Below are positions 60,301-64,000 of a stretch of 64,000 bases of DNA, in pieces. Location of the stretch: positions 111,290,001 to 111,354,000 of the forward strand of contig OX597823.1 of NCBI GenBank assembly GCA_951406725.2. Direction: 5' to 3'. The notes under the pieces are model-generated. The model searched no databases. It was given only the letters and a program-made list of their open reading frames with translations, and was not told the origin of the DNA. The first letter of the stretch is position 1. Each line of letters begins with the position of its first letter. The DNA is from Octopus vulgaris. Taxonomy: Eukaryota. Position numbers and translations under genes: made by a program.

Positions 60301-60510
60301 TGAGTGTGCGTGCGGGAATGAGTACTTGCCTTCTAGTAGACAGACAAATGGACAAGCAGCTATTGCCAGGATTCTTAGCCTTAGCGATCAAAGATAACAA
60401 AAGTAATAAATGAAGATAATAAAATTAAAATTAGGGAATGGGCCTGTATTGGATTGTATATATATATATGTATATGTATATTTGTATGTATGTATGTGTG
60501 TATGTGTAGG

Positions 60511-60563
<53 letters not shown>

Positions 60564-60977
60564 AGATATATGTGTATGTGCGTATGTGTGTGTAGATACG
60601 TATACATGTGTGTATAGGTATAAGTGAGAATCTCCTTATTTACCTATAACTCTATCCCCCTTTTTTTATATATATATTTTATATATATATTTTATATATA
60701 TATTTTCTTATATATATTTTTTTATATATATTTTTTATATTTTTTATATTTTTTATATTTTTTATATTTTTTATATTTTTTATTTTTATTTTTTTATTTT
60801 TTTATTCTTTTATTTTATCTTTTTATTTTTTTATTTTTTATTTATTTATTTATTTTTTATTTTTTTATTACCCTGACCACTCCCCCAAGTATGATATTTT
60901 GCGCTATGCCTACCCCCAAAAAGTCCCCCACCACCACTCCTCTAAATGTATAAATGCTAATACAATTCTTGTTAAAT

Positions 60978-61028
60978 AGCTTCCTGAAGATTTCTCTTGA
61001 ATGAAACAGTACTAGTCCTGTAGAAGCT
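60978..61028 (+). ncRNA. Type I hammerhead ribozyme motif, near-canonical
   Basis: Reads AGCTTC-CTGAAGA-T.TTC(TCTT)GAA.T-GAAA-CAG(TACTAGTC)CTG-TA-GAAGCT. Stem I is a perfect 6 bp, stem III is 3 bp with a palindromic loop, and the triplet is GUA. Confidence 0.75.
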
Positions 61029-61085
61029 CCTTCTATATAATAAATAAAAAAAAATATATATATATATATATATACATATATATAC

Positions 61086-61530
61086 TATAAGTAATATATA
61101 TGTATGCATATATACATACATACTTACATGTATACGTGTATACATATGCATATGTGGGAAGTGGATGTCACTGAACATAAACATCAAAAAATACGAAGTA
61201 CGAGGACATGGAATAAGGACTTTTTTTGCAAAAATTTTATTTAATTTGCTTTGTGGGAGCAATTGTTTTTTCGAAAGTGTATCACGTGAATTGCTCGAAA
61301 TACGGATTAGAAAAACAGCGAACAACTGATGAAGGGTCGTTCTTCGTATTGCTTGTCTTGTTTTACATTTGTTTCTTTTGTTGTTTGCAAAAAAAGTCCT
61401 TATTCCATCTTCTCCGTACTTCGTATTATTTGTTGTTTATGTTTTGTGATGTCCTGTGCCCACATATGCATATGTATATATGTATACATGTAAAATGTAT
61501 GTATATATATGCATATATATATTATTCATA
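61086..61530. mobile_element. Element with ~145-bp inverted arms and permuted hammerhead-like boxes in the spacer
   Basis: CATATGCATATGTGGG...TACGAAGTACG...ATGGAATAAGGACTTTTTTTGCAAA is mirrored at 61384-61530. The spacer contains CTCGAAA (ending 61300) and CTGATGA (61326-61332). Confidence 0.75.
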
Positions 61531-61588
61531 TTATTATTTGATTGAATGCCACGCATCCTTTTCTAAGAAAGTTTTATCTATCTATCTA

Positions 61589-61658
<70 letters not shown>

Positions 61659-61990
61659 TGTCCTAAACTGCATAATATTTTATTTTATTTTGTGCGTTTA
61701 AAGGTATGAATTCTTTCCATCTCTTCGCCTACTGTTTTCCTCTGTAATCTTGGTGATGTACGGTGGTTTAATTAAGACTTTAGCTCTTATTTCTAGCAGG
61801 TGTATGCTTTAAAGCATCTTAATGCGTCATGCAAATTTGTAAATCATAGCTAAATAATGCTATTTGCCTGCAGACCACCTCTGTTACAGCTGTTGATACC
61901 ATCAATTTTAAACTTTATCCTCAAATGATATTAACAGTAGTGACATCTTATTTCAAATCTTAGTGTTTGAATGTTTTGCTCATATTGTGT

Positions 61991-62032
<42 letters not shown>

Positions 62033-62177
62033 AGAACGGATGTTAAACGATGATGATGATGATGATGATGATGATATATATATACATAGATAGATAGATG
62101 TGTATGTATTTATGTCCATGTAATATGAATGTATGTATATATGTATGTATGTCTATGTAATATATATATATATATTT

Positions 62178-62225
<48 letters not shown>

Positions 62226-62252
62226 AGTATATATGTATATATATATATATAA

Positions 62253-62288
<36 letters not shown>

Positions 62289-62657
62289 TAGATAGACAGA
62301 TAGATATAGAAATAGATGTATATTTATATACATATATATACAGATATGTGTGTGTCTTTGTGCTTGTGTTCATCCCCCACCTCCGCTTGGTAACTGGAGT
62401 TGATGTGTTTACATCTCCATAACATGTGTGTATATACACACACACACACTCACAAACATATTTATGTGCTCGGTGGTTGGTGTTAGGAAGGGCATCCAGC
62501 CTTAGAAATCCTGCCAAAACACAGAGGTCTGGTGCAGGCTTTTGCCTGGCTAGCTCCTGTTAAACCGTCCAACCCATGCTAGCATGGAAGGCAGACGTTA
62601 AACATGATGATGATGATGATGATGATGATGTTGATGATGATATATGTATGTGTGTAT

Positions 62658-63225
<568 letters not shown>

Positions 63226-63270
63226 AAATATATATATAATATATATATAATATATATATATATGTATATG

Positions 63271-63303
<33 letters not shown>

Positions 63304-63403
63304 ATATAGACACATATATACACATCTGTATACACACACACATATATATATATACATATAAATATACATATATATATATGTGTATACACACACACACACA
63401 TAG

Positions 63404-63443
<40 letters not shown>

Positions 63444-63863
63444 ACATACATACACACATGCAGAGAAGGTGTAAGATAGAAAAGGCAGGGTACCGGCAGC
63501 CATCACTCACAACAAGGTATAACCTGCTAACTCATACCATGCTTTCGCTAATTCTTTTACCTCTCTATGTAAGCAGAAGCAGATAGGACCCTCTTTGCTC
63601 CCTCACTCTTGACCAAGCAGGCGATCCAGTATATGGGAGTTAGAAAGGAAAAGGACTTCAGCAGCACCCAGCTGGTGCCCATCACGTCTGAATAAATTGT
63701 TGCCATGTGCAGGAATTGAACTCACAGCATTATGATCATGAGCTGAATACATTTCTAGCCACTGGGCCACCTATTTACACAAATGTAAATGTGTACATGA
63801 TCACCACCACCACCACCACCACCATCAACACCAACACCACCACCAACACCACCACCACCTCCA

Positions 63864-64000
63864 GGCAGAGACGTTAGCATGCCGGGTGGAGTGCTTTGCG
63901 ATATTTTGCCTATCGCTGTGTTCTGGGTTCAAATTCCGCTGAGGTCGACTTTGCTTTTCATCCTTTCGGGGTCGATAAATTAAGTACCAGTTACGCACTG
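63864..64000 (+). mobile_element. SINE family A, truncated by window end
   Basis: Contains GGGTTCAAATTCCGCTGAGGTCGACTTTGCTTTTCATCCTTTCGGGGTCGATAAATTAAGTACCAG. Confidence 0.9.

Noticed and set aside
58694-60400. 568-aa ORF, and the many other YI/HT/CV-rich ORFs
   Set aside because: These are translations of dinucleotide microsatellites that lack stop codons; there is no protein-like composition.

Overview
This is AT-rich eukaryotic DNA dominated by (TA)n/(CA)n/(TAGA)n and trinucleotide microsatellites, with dispersed SINEs, MITEs and decayed transposons. The repeat repertoire suggests a coleoid cephalopod such as Octopus (inference from recall, not verified). No intact protein-coding gene is visible, and almost all supplied ORFs are microsatellite translation artefacts. 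Recognisable coding relics are an internally deleted DD37D (maT-type) Tc1/mariner element (49778-50593), a decayed Penelope-like retroelement ORF (37580-38145, minus) and a probable RTE LINE 3' end. There is also one weak candidate terminal exon (45442-45462, minus). The most interesting signal is a set of short, mostly (TA)n-embedded elements carrying minimal hammerhead ribozyme motifs, often arranged as fold-back palindromes, plus a tRNA-headed SINE with a hammerhead and an inverted copy of its own tail. Together these suggest a Penelope-driven, ribozyme-bearing non-autonomous element system. All structures were read by eye; no folding or database search was run.
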